Source: Candidatus Thermosaccharophagus tengchongensis
GTDB lineage: Bacteria; Armatimonadota; Fervidibacteria; Fervidibacterales; Thermosaccharophagaceae
Strand: one strand, 5' to 3'
DNA: 64,000 nt
Assembly (NCBI GenBank): GCA_032161105.1
Contig: JAVHTD010000004.1
A program made the translations under genes and the position numbers. This document shows, one piece after another, positions 20,290 to 31,073 of this stretch (position 1 is its first letter; the number at the start of each line of letters is the position of its first letter). The notes under the pieces were generated by a model, which was not told the DNA's origin, ran no database searches, and worked only from the letters and a program-made list of their open reading frames with translations.

Positions 20290-20780
20290 GATGCATGCTC
20301 ACCTCACGCCAAACGGCGCACTGCCAGTGAAGGCAAAGCCCATGCGCTTCTCAAAGCCAGCCGCGCAAAAGCTGACCCTAAAGCGTTACACCCCTCTCAA
20401 AGAGCACGACATAATGGGGATTGGCAGGCTTCGGTTACAAAGTTTAGCTCAAGCACGAGCGCGTGAAACGCACAAAGGGGTAAGCAACCACTGAGAGCAA
20501 ATCGGATGATTGTTCCCTCGGGCACCGATGTCCGGCGCTTTTGACCGAAGCATTTCATCGCCACAGCAGATTGCTTGCGACAGTTTTCTCCGCTCCCAAT
20601 GCATCATTGACGCGAGAAAGAACCCGCCAATCGCGCATTAAAGGTCGTGGAGGAACTGGCTGAACCAACGCCATTAGTGGGTTTACCATGCCACCACTTG
20701 CGCGATAAAATGCGTAGATAGTTGACCCGCTCAGTTTCAAAGGCATGTTTCAAAGGGCTGCATGCCCTGAGGTGAAGGAA

Positions 20781-22223
20781 ATGAGAACACGCAAAGCTGG
20801 TGATGCTGCATTGCTGTTATGCGCCTGGTTGATTGCGCTCATGTTGCAATCCGCATGGGCACAACTGAGGGCGGGCGTTTACAAATGCATTTCAGTTGAG
20901 GCACCGAATGTCCTTAAGTTTGAAAGGTTGGGGACAGTCACACTTATAGGCGTTCAATCACCGGATGCATCTGACCCCGGATTTGAGAGCGCAATGCAAG
21001 TTGTGCGGCGATATGCTGAGGGTAAGCAGCTTAAGGTTGAGCCATGTCCCGTCCGTCCGAAGGATGATGATGGGAGAATTCGCGCAATCGTTTACTTTCG
21101 GGAGGCTAACGCATGGCACAACCTGAACACAAAGCTTTTAAGGGCTGGCTATGCAACGCTGCGCAGTGAGGAACGCTGTCATGTGAATGTTAAGGCATGG
21201 ACACCGCTTGTTGCGCAGGCGCAATCGCAGGGGAGAGGGCTGTGGGCGAGGTTGCAACCGGAGCGTCAAATTGAGACCGACTATGTGATGGCACTGCAGG
21301 GCTTGCGGATTGCCGAAGCTGTCGCAAGGGCTCCAAAAGCTTACGCACCCGTTGCCTTCCCCATAGCGAGCCCGGAGAGGATGAGCAAGGTTGGCGAGAT
21401 ATTACTTCCGCTTGGACCTGTGCTAAAGGAGCCATATCATGCGCTTGGGAGTGCCACCTCAGCGGCATACACGCAATTGCGCACGCTGATTGATGCCAGG
21501 GAAAGATGTCTCACTCTTGAAAGTGCATTGCGCACCGGCGTCCCAATGAGGGCATTAAACCCGGAGCGCTTAAGAGAGCTCTTCGTTAAATATGATTTGC
21601 CAGCACCAACAAACATGCTCACGGCACCTGTGCGAGATGACAGAGGTAGAACGATTTGGGATGCAATGCAGCAACTATACTTGACTGACGCGCGAGAGCC
21701 CCTTCACGAGATTCTGTTTTGGTTTCCGGGAGTGCAGAACCAATTCAGGAATAGACTGATAGCCCTTGGCGGACAACTCGTTGGCGGTCCAACACCTGCA
21801 GCGCCGGCTGGGGGCGCACCGACAAGCCCGACATTTGGCGCTCCGAGCGGAATGCCCGGTGCACCAATGGGCGCACCAGGTGGGATGCCCGGTGCACCAA
21901 TGGGTGCTCCAGCCGGGATGCCAGGCGCACCGGCACCCGAGGGTGGACCACCAGCGGGGCTTGGTGCAGTAGGTGGCGCTCCAACTGCGGCTCCGGCTGC
22001 TGGATTGCAAGCATACTATGAATTGCTTGGGAGAATAAGGGCGGGGCGAGTTGAGCCGGAGGAAGCATGCCTTCTAATGCTCGCCTTAAGAACCTACCGA
22101 GGTGAATTCCTTGAGGACGAAATTGAAAGGGCGAGGAGGCGTTACGATAAGGCTGTTGAGGAGCAACGCAAGTTTGAAGCCTTCATGCGCAGGCAACTCC
22201 AAAGGACATCCACCAGTAGGTGA
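20781..22223 (+). CDS. Secreted thermonuclease(SNase)-like domain protein with Pro/Gly-rich region
   Basis: Signal peptide; VTLIGVQSPD, DDDGRIRAIVY, LNTKLLRAGYA, GRGLW; GAGGTGA RBS. Confidence 0.7.
   Translation: MRTRKAGDAALLLCAWLIALMLQSAWAQLRAGVYKCISVEAPNVLKFERLGTVTLIGVQSPDASDPGFESAMQVVRRYAEGKQLKVEPCPVRPKDDDGRIRAIVYFREANAWHNLNTKLLRAGYATLRSEERCHVNVKAWTPLVAQAQSQGRGLWARLQPERQIETDYVMALQGLRIAEAVARAPKAYAPVAFPIASPERMSKVGEILLPLGPVLKEPYHALGSATSAAYTQLRTLIDARERCLTLESALRTGVPMRALNPERLRELFVKYDLPAPTNMLTAPVRDDRGRTIWDAMQQLYLTDAREPLHEILFWFPGVQNQFRNRLIALGGQLVGGPTPAAPAGGAPTSPTFGAPSGMPGAPMGAPGGMPGAPMGAPAGMPGAPAPEGGPPAGLGAVGGAPTAAPAAGLQAYYELLGRIRAGRVEPEEACLLMLALRTYRGEFLEDEIERARRRYDKAVEEQRKFEAFMRRQLQRTSTSR
21849..21935 (+). 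repeat. 33-bp coding tandem repeat, about 2.6 copies (GMPGAPMGAPx)
   Basis: GGAATGCCCGGTGCACCAATGGGCGCACCAGGT / GGGATGCCCGGTGCACCAATGGGTGCTCCAGCC / GGGATGCCAGGCGCACCGGCA. Confidence 0.85.
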
Positions 22224-22367
22224 AGTGAATTGGATCTAAGCCGTTACAGGATGCGTTTGTGCATCAAATGTGTTAAGCGAGGATGAGGATTTATCATCGC
22301 TCCAAGGGAAGAATCCACAGGCATCCAAGCGTGCGTGTGGTAAGAAATCTCTCTGAGCAGGAGGGGT

Positions 22368-22718
22368 GTGAAAGTGCCCTTAAGCAAACATGAGAAGTGG
22401 AGAATCATCAGGCAATGGCAGCGCAGCCCAGATGACACCGGTTCGCCGGAGGTCCAAATTGCCATTTTGACTGAGCGAATAAACAGGCTCACAGAGCACC
22501 TGCGCCAGCACAAGAAGGATGTCCATTCAAGGCGCGGCTTAATTCTCATGCACAGCAAGAGGCGCAGGCTGCTTCGCTACCTTGCAGAGAAAGACATAGA
22601 GCGATACCGAAGGGTCGTTGAAGGGCTTGGCATAAGGGACTTCTTCGGCATACTGCGCAAGCAGGTGACTGCGCAGGCTGAGGAAGCCGCACAGGGCGCC
22701 CAAGAATCAACACGATGA
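22368..22718 (+). CDS. rpsO: 30S ribosomal protein S15, with C-terminal extension
   Basis: [27 protein letters not shown]. Confidence 0.97.
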   Translation: MKVPLSKHEKWRIIRQWQRSPDDTGSPEVQIAILTERINRLTEHLRQHKKDVHSRRGLILMHSKRRRLLRYLAEKDIERYRRVVEGLGIRDFFGILRKQVTAQAEEAAQGAQESTR

Positions 22719-22761
22719 GATTGACGGCTTAATTACAACGGTCCACTTGGCAGCGAGAGTG

Positions 22762-24966
22762 ATGACGATGCAAGTTGTAAGAGAGACGATTGAGCTCAGC
22801 GGGAGGCAGCTCACAATTGAAACCGGTGTGCTTGCACCGCAGGCAAATGGCGCCGTTACAGTCCGTTACGGTGATTCAATGGTTTTGGTCACCGCGGTCG
22901 CCACTGAGGAGGTAAGGGAAGATATTGACTTCCTCCCGCTCGTAGTTGACTTTGAAGCTCGCATGTATGCAGCGGGACGCATACCGGGGCATAGGTTTTA
23001 CCGCCGTGAGGGTCCACCATCAACTGCCTCAATACTTGCGGCGAGGTTAATTGATAGGGCAATCCGCCCGCTCTTCCCAAAAGGGGCATGCAACGATGTT
23101 CAGGTGATCGTCACAGCACTCGCCTCGGACCTTGAGAACTACTTAGACATTCCGGGGCTCATTGGGGCAAGCGCTGCCCTTTGCATTTCCGACATTCCGT
23201 TTGACGGACCAATCGGGGCAGTCAGAATTGGTTTGATCAACGGTGAGTTGGTTGTCAACCCAACATACCAGCAAATGCAAGCGAGCGAACTTGACCTTAT
23301 CGTCGCTGGGACAAGGGAAGCCGTTGTGATGATTGAAGCCGGCGCAAAGCAAGTCCCGGAGGAGAGGATACTTGAAGCAATCAAGCTTGCACACGAAGCG
23401 CTCCAACCAATCATTGAAATGCAGGAGAGGCTTTGCACGCGAATTGGGAAGCCAAAGCGCGAGCTTACATTGCGTCTACCGAATGACGAACTCGTGCGCC
23501 TCATAAGGGAGCGCTATGGAGAGCAGCTTACTAAAGCGATATGTGTGCCCGAGAAGTTGGAGCGAGAACGCGCCTTTGGAAAATTGCTGCAGGAGATCCA
23601 GAAGGCGCTCCTTGAGGAGTTCCCGGATTTGAGTGAGCAGGTAAAGCCATCATGCTCGGCTGCTGTGAAGGAGTTAATAAACGAGCGCACCGTCAAATTT
23701 GGTGTGCGAGTTGACGGTAGAAGGGTTGATGAAGTGCGTCCAGTGTCATGTAGCGTCGGCATCTCACCGAGGGTTCACGGCAGCTCGCTGTTCATCCGTG
23801 GGGAGACACAAGTCCTCACAATAGCGACGCTCGGCGCAACAACTGATGAAATGTGGGTTGACAGCCTGATGGAGGAAGAAGTGACGAAGCGCTTTATGCA
23901 TCAATACAACTTCCCGCCATATAGCGTTGGCGATGCCAAACCGCTTAGAGCACCATCAAGGAGAGAGATTGGGCATGGTGCGCTCGCTGAGAGGGCTCTT
24001 GAAGCAGTCATACCCCCGGAGGAGGAGTTCCCTTACACAATCAGGCTCGTCACAGAGGTGCTGAGCTCAAATGGCTCAACATCAATGGCGTCAGTTTGCG
24101 GTGGGACGCTCGCATTGATGGATGCGGCAGTCCCAATATCAGCTCCGGTGGCTGGAATATCAATCGGCTTGATGAGCTACGGTGGCACTGATGTGCTATT
24201 GACGGATATCCAAGGGATTGAGGATGCATATGGCGAAATGGACTTCAAAATTGCCGGCACAAGGAATGGCATAACGGCAATCCAACTTGACCTGAAACGC
24301 AATGGGCTCTCATACGAGCTAATTGAGGGCGCTTTTGAGAGGGCAAGGATCGCTCGCCTCTCAATACTGGACATAATGGCACAGGTCATTGATAAGCCAA
24401 GGGAGGAACTTTCGCCATATGCGCCGCGAATAAAGGTCGTGCATATACCGTCGGACAAAATTGGCGACCTTATCGGACCGAGAGGAAAGCACCTGAAGCA
24501 AATTGAGCTTGAGACAGCAGCCAGAATTGAGATTGAACCAGATGGAACAGTTTATATTACTTGCCCAGACATGGAGAAGGCTGAGAAAGCTGAAGCCATG
24601 GTCAAAAGCTTCGTCCAAGAACCGGTCGTTGGCGAAGCTTACAAAGGTAAAGTGACGCGCCTTGGACCATCCTACGCGTTCATTGAGATCCTGCCCGGGA
24701 AAGAGGGCTTCATTCATGTGCGCGACTTGACAACGCAGAGGGTGCAATCAATTTCCGACTTGCTGCGCATCGGCGACGAAATTGAGGTCTGCGTTGAGAG
24801 CATAGACAGCGAGGGGAGGATAAAGCTTCGCTTGAAGGAACCACTGCAACCACAACCAATAAGATGGCAATCATCAACAGCACGAAGAACGCATAGCCGT
24901 TTTAACTTTCCCCCCAGAAGACACCAGACACAAAAGGGAAAGAACACCGATGATAGGGCTTGCTAA
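22762..24966 (+). CDS. pnp: Polyribonucleotide nucleotidyltransferase
   Basis: RREIGHG, SNGSTSMAS, GEMDFKIAGT, KH and S1 domains; follows rpsO. Confidence 0.97.
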   Translation: MTMQVVRETIELSGRQLTIETGVLAPQANGAVTVRYGDSMVLVTAVATEEVREDIDFLPLVVDFEARMYAAGRIPGHRFYRREGPPSTASILAARLIDRAIRPLFPKGACNDVQVIVTALASDLENYLDIPGLIGASAALCISDIPFDGPIGAVRIGLINGELVVNPTYQQMQASELDLIVAGTREAVVMIEAGAKQVPEERILEAIKLAHEALQPIIEMQERLCTRIGKPKRELTLRLPNDELVRLIRERYGEQLTKAICVPEKLERERAFGKLLQEIQKALLEEFPDLSEQVKPSCSAAVKELINERTVKFGVRVDGRRVDEVRPVSCSVGISPRVHGSSLFIRGETQVLTIATLGATTDEMWVDSLMEEEVTKRFMHQYNFPPYSVGDAKPLRAPSRREIGHGALAERALEAVIPPEEEFPYTIRLVTEVLSSNGSTSMASVCGGTLALMDAAVPISAPVAGISIGLMSYGGTDVLLTDIQGIEDAYGEMDFKIAGTRNGITAIQLDLKRNGLSYELIEGAFERARIARLSILDIMAQVIDKPREELSPYAPRIKVVHIPSDKIGDLIGPRGKHLKQIELETAARIEIEPDGTVYITCPDMEKAEKAEAMVKSFVQEPVVGEAYKGKVTRLGPSYAFIEILPGKEGFIHVRDLTTQRVQSISDLLRIGDEIEVCVESIDSEGRIKLRLKEPLQPQPIRWQSSTARRTHSRFNFPPRRHQTQKGKNTDDRAC

Positions 24967-25054
24967 GTTGGCATCCGTCAACATCGGCAATTGGCACCCA
25001 TCCAACACGCCATCGCCAATGAAGAAACCAACAGGGGCACATCGGCAGCGCAAC

Positions 25055-26779
25055 TTATACCTTGAACAGTTCCCCAAGCCGTCTTCCGAGTGTTCTTGAG
25101 GCAATGGAAAGGCTTAAGGCGAGTATTGCCATTCCGATGACACCCATTGCGGATGCGATCCTCGGTCCGTCACCAACTCGCCTGCTGAGCACATAGATGG
25201 CTTTTGTCATCGGGAAGTTTGGCGGGTTGAGAGCGAGTATCAGGCTATCGCTCACCTCAAGCATCGCAAATGCAAATGTGAGTATTGCTCCCGCAGTTAT
25301 GTGCGCATAGATGAGTGGCAATGTCACTTTAATAGTCGTCCTCAGGGGCGATGCGCCGAGGCTCATTGAAGCTTCCTCAAGCGTTGTGCTGACCTGTTGA
25401 AAGCCGGCATAGCAAGCTCTGACCAAGTATGGCATCCTGCGAACTGCGTAGCTTATGATGAGCAGAGGCGCCGCATTAACCCTCGGGTCAAGGATGGTAT
25501 TGGCGTAGCACCCAACATAGCCAAACGCGAGCACCACACCCGGTATCGCCAACGGCATCATGGCAACGATGTCAAGCAACCCCTTAAACGGCACTCGCCT
25601 CCGCGTGAGGATGTAGGCGATGGCGACACCGAACACAACATCCAATGCTGTGCTCACGAGCGAGTAGATGAAACTATTTCGTATGCTCACAGTTGTGATT
25701 GGGTGTTTGACGATGGCTTCGTAATGCTGCAATGTGAATTCGCTTGGCAGCGCGCTCATAGCCCATGACTTGGCGAACGAATTCAAAACGACACACGCAT
25801 GCGGCACCATTGCAATGAGGCACAGAGCCAATATAAATAAGGTGACGAACCACCCCTTCATGCCGATAAGCTGCTTTGGTGAAACGGCGCTCGTTGACAC
25901 AACCGCAACTTGCCTCCTTTCCGATAAGCGCTTTGATAGCGCAAACAGCACCGATGTGATCGCGAGCACAAGCACTATGAGCGCATATCCGGATGGGTCC
26001 TCGGTGGCAGTCTCAACCATGTTGAAGATGCGCACCGGTATAACTTGCGTGTATAGGAATATGAGCGGAGTGCCCAAATCGGTGAATGAGAAGATGAATG
26101 TTAAGATGCAAGCTGCAAAGACGCCGGGGAACATGAGCGGGAGAGTAACGGTTAGAAATCTCCTCATCGGGCTGGCACCGAGCGATTGCGCGGCTTCCTC
26201 AAGCGTCCTATCCACAGAGGAGAGCGCAGCGGCGAGATTTAGGTAAGCGATTGGGTAAAGGTGCAGCGCCTGCACGATGACGACGCACCAAAAGCCCATC
26301 TCAAGCCAATCAATTGGATGAGCGCGGTCCATCAAACCGAGGCTCATTAGCAGGCTGTTGAGGGCGCCATAGCGCGCAAGCAATTGCTTCATCCCGATCG
26401 CACCAACAAATGGCGGCAGTATGAGTGGCATGAGCAACAAGATGCCAAGAGCGCCTTGCAGCGGGAACTTGTATCTGATCATCGCCCATGCGAGCGGCAT
26501 GCTCACTGCCATCGTTAAAGCCGTTGAGGCTGTGGCGAGCTTGAAGCTGTTTAGTATGCATGTGAGCACAGCCGGGTTGCGAAAGAGCAACATGAAAAAA
26601 TCAATGGTGAATTCGCCATCGGAGAAGAATGCCTCACGGAGGCTATATAGCATCGGGTAAATGAGGAAAGCCGCAAGGAATGCGGCAAGCGCAACAACTG
26701 CAAGCACCACATCCGGCTTCAGGTCGTAATCGTGGATGAGCCTGCTCGCAAAATTACTCAGGCGGTATGAGGATGACAT
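25055..26779 (-). CDS. FbpB-like (Fe3+/thiamine class) ABC transporter permease with two TM modules
   Basis: Two EAA motifs (LEEAAQSLGAS, LEEASMSLGAS); start position uncertain. Confidence 0.88.
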   Translation of the reverse strand: MSSSYRLSNFASRLIHDYDLKPDVVLAVVALAAFLAAFLIYPMLYSLREAFFSDGEFTIDFFMLLFRNPAVLTCILNSFKLATASTALTMAVSMPLAWAMIRYKFPLQGALGILLLMPLILPPFVGAIGMKQLLARYGALNSLLMSLGLMDRAHPIDWLEMGFWCVVIVQALHLYPIAYLNLAAALSSVDRTLEEAAQSLGASPMRRFLTVTLPLMFPGVFAACILTFIFSFTDLGTPLIFLYTQVIPVRIFNMVETATEDPSGYALIVLVLAITSVLFALSKRLSERRQVAVVSTSAVSPKQLIGMKGWFVTLFILALCLIAMVPHACVVLNSFAKSWAMSALPSEFTLQHYEAIVKHPITTVSIRNSFIYSLVSTALDVVFGVAIAYILTRRRVPFKGLLDIVAMMPLAIPGVVLAFGYVGCYANTILDPRVNAAPLLIISYAVRRMPYLVRACYAGFQQVSTTLEEASMSLGASPLRTTIKVTLPLIYAHITAGAILTFAFAMLEVSDSLILALNPPNFPMTKAIYVLSRRVGDGPRIASAMGVIGMAILALSLSIASRTLGRRLGELFKV

Positions 26780-27851
26780 CGCTCGAGCTGAACCTGAGGA
26801 TGACCTCATCCCCAATGAGCACCCTCTCCTTCGGATTTGTATGGGTCGCCCTCAAATGCCACTTGCCATGACCGCGCTCCACTGAAAGCTCAAGGAGTTC
26901 CTCATCACCCATGTATACGACATCAACCACTTTCGCACGCACTTCGTTTATGGCTTGCGAATCAGCGCTCGCATTGCGAGCCGATACAACTTGCATAGCT
27001 TCCGGTCTTATAGCGATGGTGGCTCTCATGCCCTCACTCAAACCGGGTGCATCATCACAGCAGCATTCAACGATGCAAAATGGCGTTGATAGGAGCGCCA
27101 CACCGCCTTCAACCCTTCTGACAACTCCCTCAATCACATTCGCGTCGCCAATAAACTCGGCAACATATCTGCTCTTTGGCTTGCGATATAGCTCATGCGG
27201 CGTCCCAACCTGCACAACCCTGCCCGAGCGCATCACCGCAATTCTGTCAGCCATAGCCAAAGCTTCCTTTTGGTCATGCGTGACATAAATCGTCGTTATG
27301 CGCGTTTGCGAATGTATGCGCTTAAGTTCCTGCCTCATCTCCTTGCGCAATTGCACATCCAGATTGCTCAGCGGCTCGTCAAGCAGCAACACATCCGGCT
27401 GAACTGCCAACGCTCTCGCCAGCGCAATACGCTGCTGTTGTCCACCGCTTAACTGCCCGGGGTAACGCCACTTTGTATCGCCCATCCTTACAAGCTCAAG
27501 ATAGCTTTCAACCCTCTCGGCAATCTCGCGCTTGCTCAGCCCCCTCAACCTCAACCCATAGGCTACATTCTCAAATACGGTCATGTGCGGGAACAGCGCG
27601 TAATTCTGAAAGACCATCACTGCGTTTCGCCTGTGTGCCGGAATGCGGTTCATCAACCTGTCGCCAAACCATATCTCGCCCTCATCTGGATCAATGAAGC
27701 CAGCAATCAACCTGAGCAGGGTCGTCTTACCGCATCCTGACGGACCGAGCACGAAAAAGAGCTCACCAGGGGCAACCGTTACGCTAACGCCGTCAACTGC
27801 CACAATATCGCCATACCTCTTTGTCACATTGACCAGCCTGACTTCAACCAC
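26754..27851 (-). CDS. ABC transporter ATP-binding protein (FbpC/PotA type)
   Basis: GPSGCGKT, LSGGQQQR, LLLDEPLSNLD, TOBE-like C-terminus. Confidence 0.93.
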   Translation of the reverse strand: MVEVRLVNVTKRYGDIVAVDGVSVTVAPGELFFVLGPSGCGKTTLLRLIAGFIDPDEGEIWFGDRLMNRIPAHRRNAVMVFQNYALFPHMTVFENVAYGLRLRGLSKREIAERVESYLELVRMGDTKWRYPGQLSGGQQQRIALARALAVQPDVLLLDEPLSNLDVQLRKEMRQELKRIHSQTRITTIYVTHDQKEALAMADRIAVMRSGRVVQVGTPHELYRKPKSRYVAEFIGDANVIEGVVRRVEGGVALLSTPFCIVECCCDDAPGLSEGMRATIAIRPEAMQVVSARNASADSQAINEVRAKVVDVVYMGDEELLELSVERGHGKWHLRATHTNPKERVLIGDEVILRFSSSDVILIPPE

Positions 27852-27914
27852 AGCTTCGCACCTGCCCGATGACTTTCAACTTTGCCCAGGTAAACTTTCG
27901 GCTCGCTCATACCG

Positions 27915-28877
27915 CTAACGACTCCAGCGCGCATTGAGCAACTTTCCTGCGCGCTCAACATCAAGAGCAACCTGAGTCGCAAGCTCTTGCAGGCTTCCGA
28001 AACGCCTCTCCGGGCGAAGGAAATGCAGGAGGCGAAGCGTTACCTCACACCCGTGCTTAACATCAATCTCGCCATCCATAATGTGCGCTTCAATTGAAAT
28101 CCCACCATCTCCGACCGTCGGACGAACACCAATGTTGGCAACCACGCGATGCTGAGATGCACAAGATGCCACTTCAGCAGCGCCGGCATAGACGCCGAAG
28201 CGCGGCAGCAACTTATCCTCATCCAACCGCAAATTGATGGTCGGAAAGCCGAGCTGTCTCCCGAGCCCCATGCCGGGCACCACAACGCCAGTCAGCGAGT
28301 AAGGTCTGCCTAACATCATTTGCGCAAGCCTGACATGACCCTTCATCAGTTCCGACCTTATCCAACTGCTGCTGATTATGCCCCTTCCAAAGCACACCCC
28401 TTCAACAACGACGACGCTGAGCCTCAACTCGCCAGCCTCACTTAACTCGCGCAATTTGATTGCCGTCCCCTCACGCCTATATCCGATTGATGAGTTTTCC
28501 CCTATGACCAAAACCTTTGCACACAACGCCTCATGGAGCAGCCGACAAAACTCAATGGCGCGCATAATGGCTAACTCGGAATCAAACTCAACGAGGAGGC
28601 ACTCATCAACACCGAGCTGCGATAGCAAGTGCAGCTTTTCGTTGGCGGTGGTGAGCAACTTTGGCGCATTGCTTGGTGAGAGAACCTTCATCGGGTGATT
28701 CCGGAATGTGAGAATGCAAAGGCTCATCCCGCTTGACTCAGCTACCAACTTAGCCTCCCTGATGAGGCGCTGATGCCCAATGTGCACACCATCAAATGTC
28801 CCAATGCATATGACCCTATTTGTCCTCGGCAAGCTTCGGCTCTCAATCTCACGCAAGCTGACTTCATAGACTTCCAT
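27915..28877 (-). CDS. ribF: Bifunctional riboflavin kinase/FAD synthetase
   Basis: GTFDGVHIGH, ISSSWIR, GFPTIN, NIGVRPT. Confidence 0.95.
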   Translation of the reverse strand: MEVYEVSLREIESRSLPRTNRVICIGTFDGVHIGHQRLIREAKLVAESSGMSLCILTFRNHPMKVLSPSNAPKLLTTANEKLHLLSQLGVDECLLVEFDSELAIMRAIEFCRLLHEALCAKVLVIGENSSIGYRREGTAIKLRELSEAGELRLSVVVVEGVCFGRGIISSSWIRSELMKGHVRLAQMMLGRPYSLTGVVVPGMGLGRQLGFPTINLRLDEDKLLPRFGVYAGAAEVASCASQHRVVANIGVRPTVGDGGISIEAHIMDGEIDVKHGCEVTLRLLHFLRPERRFGSLQELATQVALDVERAGKLLNARWSR

Positions 28878-28885
28878 GATGCGGT

Positions 28886-29854
28886 TCACCTTGGCGGGAA
28901 GACGCACTCCGGCTTGCAAGCAAACTTATGCCCGTCCATGACCACACGGGCAACGCCGATAAATCTCCCGCCCGGAGCATATAGGCGGACAAGCTTGCCA
29001 ACTGACATATTCGGCAGGAGCTCAATCATCCTCGCCCTTGTTATCGCACCGTTTATTGCCCTCTTAGCCTCAACATGCGTCAGCGCGAGCGCCGGGAGGA
29101 AACAAAGCCCTTGGTCAATGCTCAGGATGACATCACGCAAAGTCCCGGACTCACAATGCTCTTGGACCTCCTCAATCGTCAAACAATCGTTGACTGTGAA
29201 TGGACCGACTGCCACTCGCACAAGGAACGAAAGGTATGCCCCACACCCGAGAGCATCACCTATGTCGGAGACAAGCGTCCGAATGTATGTCCCCCTTGAG
29301 CACTCAACTTCAAACAAAGCCCTCTTCGGTTCCCCATCGTAAAACTTGAGCAGCTCAAGGCGCTTGATCGTCACTTGTCGTTTTTTTCGCTCAACCACTT
29401 GCCCCCTCTTTGCAAGTTCATACAATCGCCTGCCGTGATAGCGCAGTGCGGATAGCATTGGCGGAGTTTGAAGTATCACACCGACGAATTGCCCGAAGAT
29501 GGAGCGCAGAGCCTCCTCGCCGATGTGTTCCGTAGGCGAAATTGAGACAACATCGCCCTCGCTATCCTGCGTTGTCGTCCTCATGCCCAAGACCATTTCC
29601 CCCCTGTAGACTTTGTCGCAGTCAATGATGAAGTTTGTGATGCGGGTCGCCCTGCCTATGCAGATTACGAGCACACCACAGGCATGCACATCAAGCGTTC
29701 CGGCATGCCCAATTCGCCGCATGTTGAGCAGCTTGCGCATGAAGTCAACCACATCATGCGATGTCATCCCCGGGGGCTTTATGACCGGGAGCACGCCCTC
29801 AAGTTCACCATCTCGCTCACTTGCATTGGCTCTCATGCTCATGGCTTTGAGCAC
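28886..29854 (-). CDS. truB: tRNA pseudouridine(55) synthase
   Basis: KPPGMTSHDVV, GHAGTLD, GTYIRTL. Confidence 0.96.
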   Translation of the reverse strand: MLKAMSMRANASERDGELEGVLPVIKPPGMTSHDVVDFMRKLLNMRRIGHAGTLDVHACGVLVICIGRATRITNFIIDCDKVYRGEMVLGMRTTTQDSEGDVVSISPTEHIGEEALRSIFGQFVGVILQTPPMLSALRYHGRRLYELAKRGQVVERKKRQVTIKRLELLKFYDGEPKRALFEVECSRGTYIRTLVSDIGDALGCGAYLSFLVRVAVGPFTVNDCLTIEEVQEHCESGTLRDVILSIDQGLCFLPALALTHVEAKRAINGAITRARMIELLPNMSVGKLVRLYAPGGRFIGVARVVMDGHKFACKPECVFPPR

Positions 29855-29897
29855 TCACCCCTACAGTTGGAGCGATGTGCTGCTTTTGAACGATGCC

Positions 29898-30875
29898 TCA
29901 ATGAGCGTGCATCAAATCTCGCAATGCCCTTATGACGAGCGAGATAGCCCTGCGCAATGTCACCCCTTTCAAGACACACCCCGATGCCTTGATGTGCCCT
30001 CCGCCACCAAATCGCCTCACAACTTCAGCCACATCAACATCGGAGAGCGAGCGCAAGCTCACCTTTATGCTCATATCCTGAAGCTCACGAAATAGCGCTA
30101 CAACTCTTGCACCCTCAATGCCCCTCAACAGATTGATCAATCCCTCGGTATCCTCATCGCTTGCGCCAGCCACTTCAAAGTCCCGTCGCTTAAGCCATGT
30201 CCACGCTATGCCACTTCCCTTATCCAATCGCGCTCGCGCCAATGCCCTTCCCCACAGCTTCAGAGCGCCTACATGGCGCCTCTCAAAGATGTGATGGGCT
30301 ATCAACGCCGGATCTGCGCCGGCTTTTACAAGCTCAGCAGCTGCGCTCAAGCACTCGTGTGTTGTATTCTCAAATCTGAACGCGCCGGTGTCAGTGGCAA
30401 TGGCTGCGTAGAGACATGTTGCAATTTGCGGCGTCACATCAACAGACAGGTGCTTAAAGAGCTTGTAAATCATGAGCCCGGTGGCTGGCATTGATTCGTC
30501 AACCCACACCACATCTCCAAACGGTTGCTCAACGATATGGTGGTCAATGCATACGATGGTTTGAGCGCCCTTAATCAAGCGCTCAAGCGAGCTTGGCGGT
30601 ATAGCAAGCCTGTCACGCCTGCTCACATCAACGGCGATGATGGCATCGCACATGCAATCGCAATCCGGCTTGATGAGCTCGCTCCCCGGAAGGAAGCGAA
30701 GTATGCTCGGAACGCCATCGCTACAAACGGCATCGCATCTTTTCCCGAGCCGCGCAAGCGCATGCATCAGTGCCAGTATGCTCCCAATGCCATCGCCCTC
30801 AGGATGAACATGGCATGTGATGACAAACGAGCGATGCTCAATTAGCACTTTGGCAACTTCGCTCAACGAGCCCAT
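29898..30875 (-). CDS. nrnA: DHH-family bifunctional oligoribonuclease/PAP phosphatase
   Basis: HVHPEGDGIGS, IDHH, TDTG, GGGGH; usual position upstream of truB. Confidence 0.9.
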   Translation of the reverse strand: MGSLSEVAKVLIEHRSFVITCHVHPEGDGIGSILALMHALARLGKRCDAVCSDGVPSILRFLPGSELIKPDCDCMCDAIIAVDVSRRDRLAIPPSSLERLIKGAQTIVCIDHHIVEQPFGDVVWVDESMPATGLMIYKLFKHLSVDVTPQIATCLYAAIATDTGAFRFENTTHECLSAAAELVKAGADPALIAHHIFERRHVGALKLWGRALARARLDKGSGIAWTWLKRRDFEVAGASDEDTEGLINLLRGIEGARVVALFRELQDMSIKVSLRSLSDVDVAEVVRRFGGGGHIKASGCVLKGVTLRRAISLVIRALRDLMHAH

Positions 30876-31073
30876 GTTGCATCAGCCGCTCCGTTCAGCG
30901 AGACCTTTGCAAATCATAATCGTAGCGCACAGCATGCCGCAGATGATGCGCACACCAATTGCGGGAGCAAGTGAAAAGGGCGCATTCGTGCGCACGATTT
31001 GAGCTATATCTCGGCATCGGTGCTCATCCGATACAGTGAGATCGCCAACGACTGGTCATCGTTGATGTGGCAC

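Noticed and set aside
20290..20780. T-box or attenuator leader for trpD-trpC-trpB
   Set aside because: No GGTGGxACC T-box motif, Trp-rich leader peptide or U-tailed terminator recognised on the minus strand.
21849..21935. Repeat as a CRISPR array
   Set aside because: In-frame tandem coding repeat with synonymous variation, no spacers and no cas genes.
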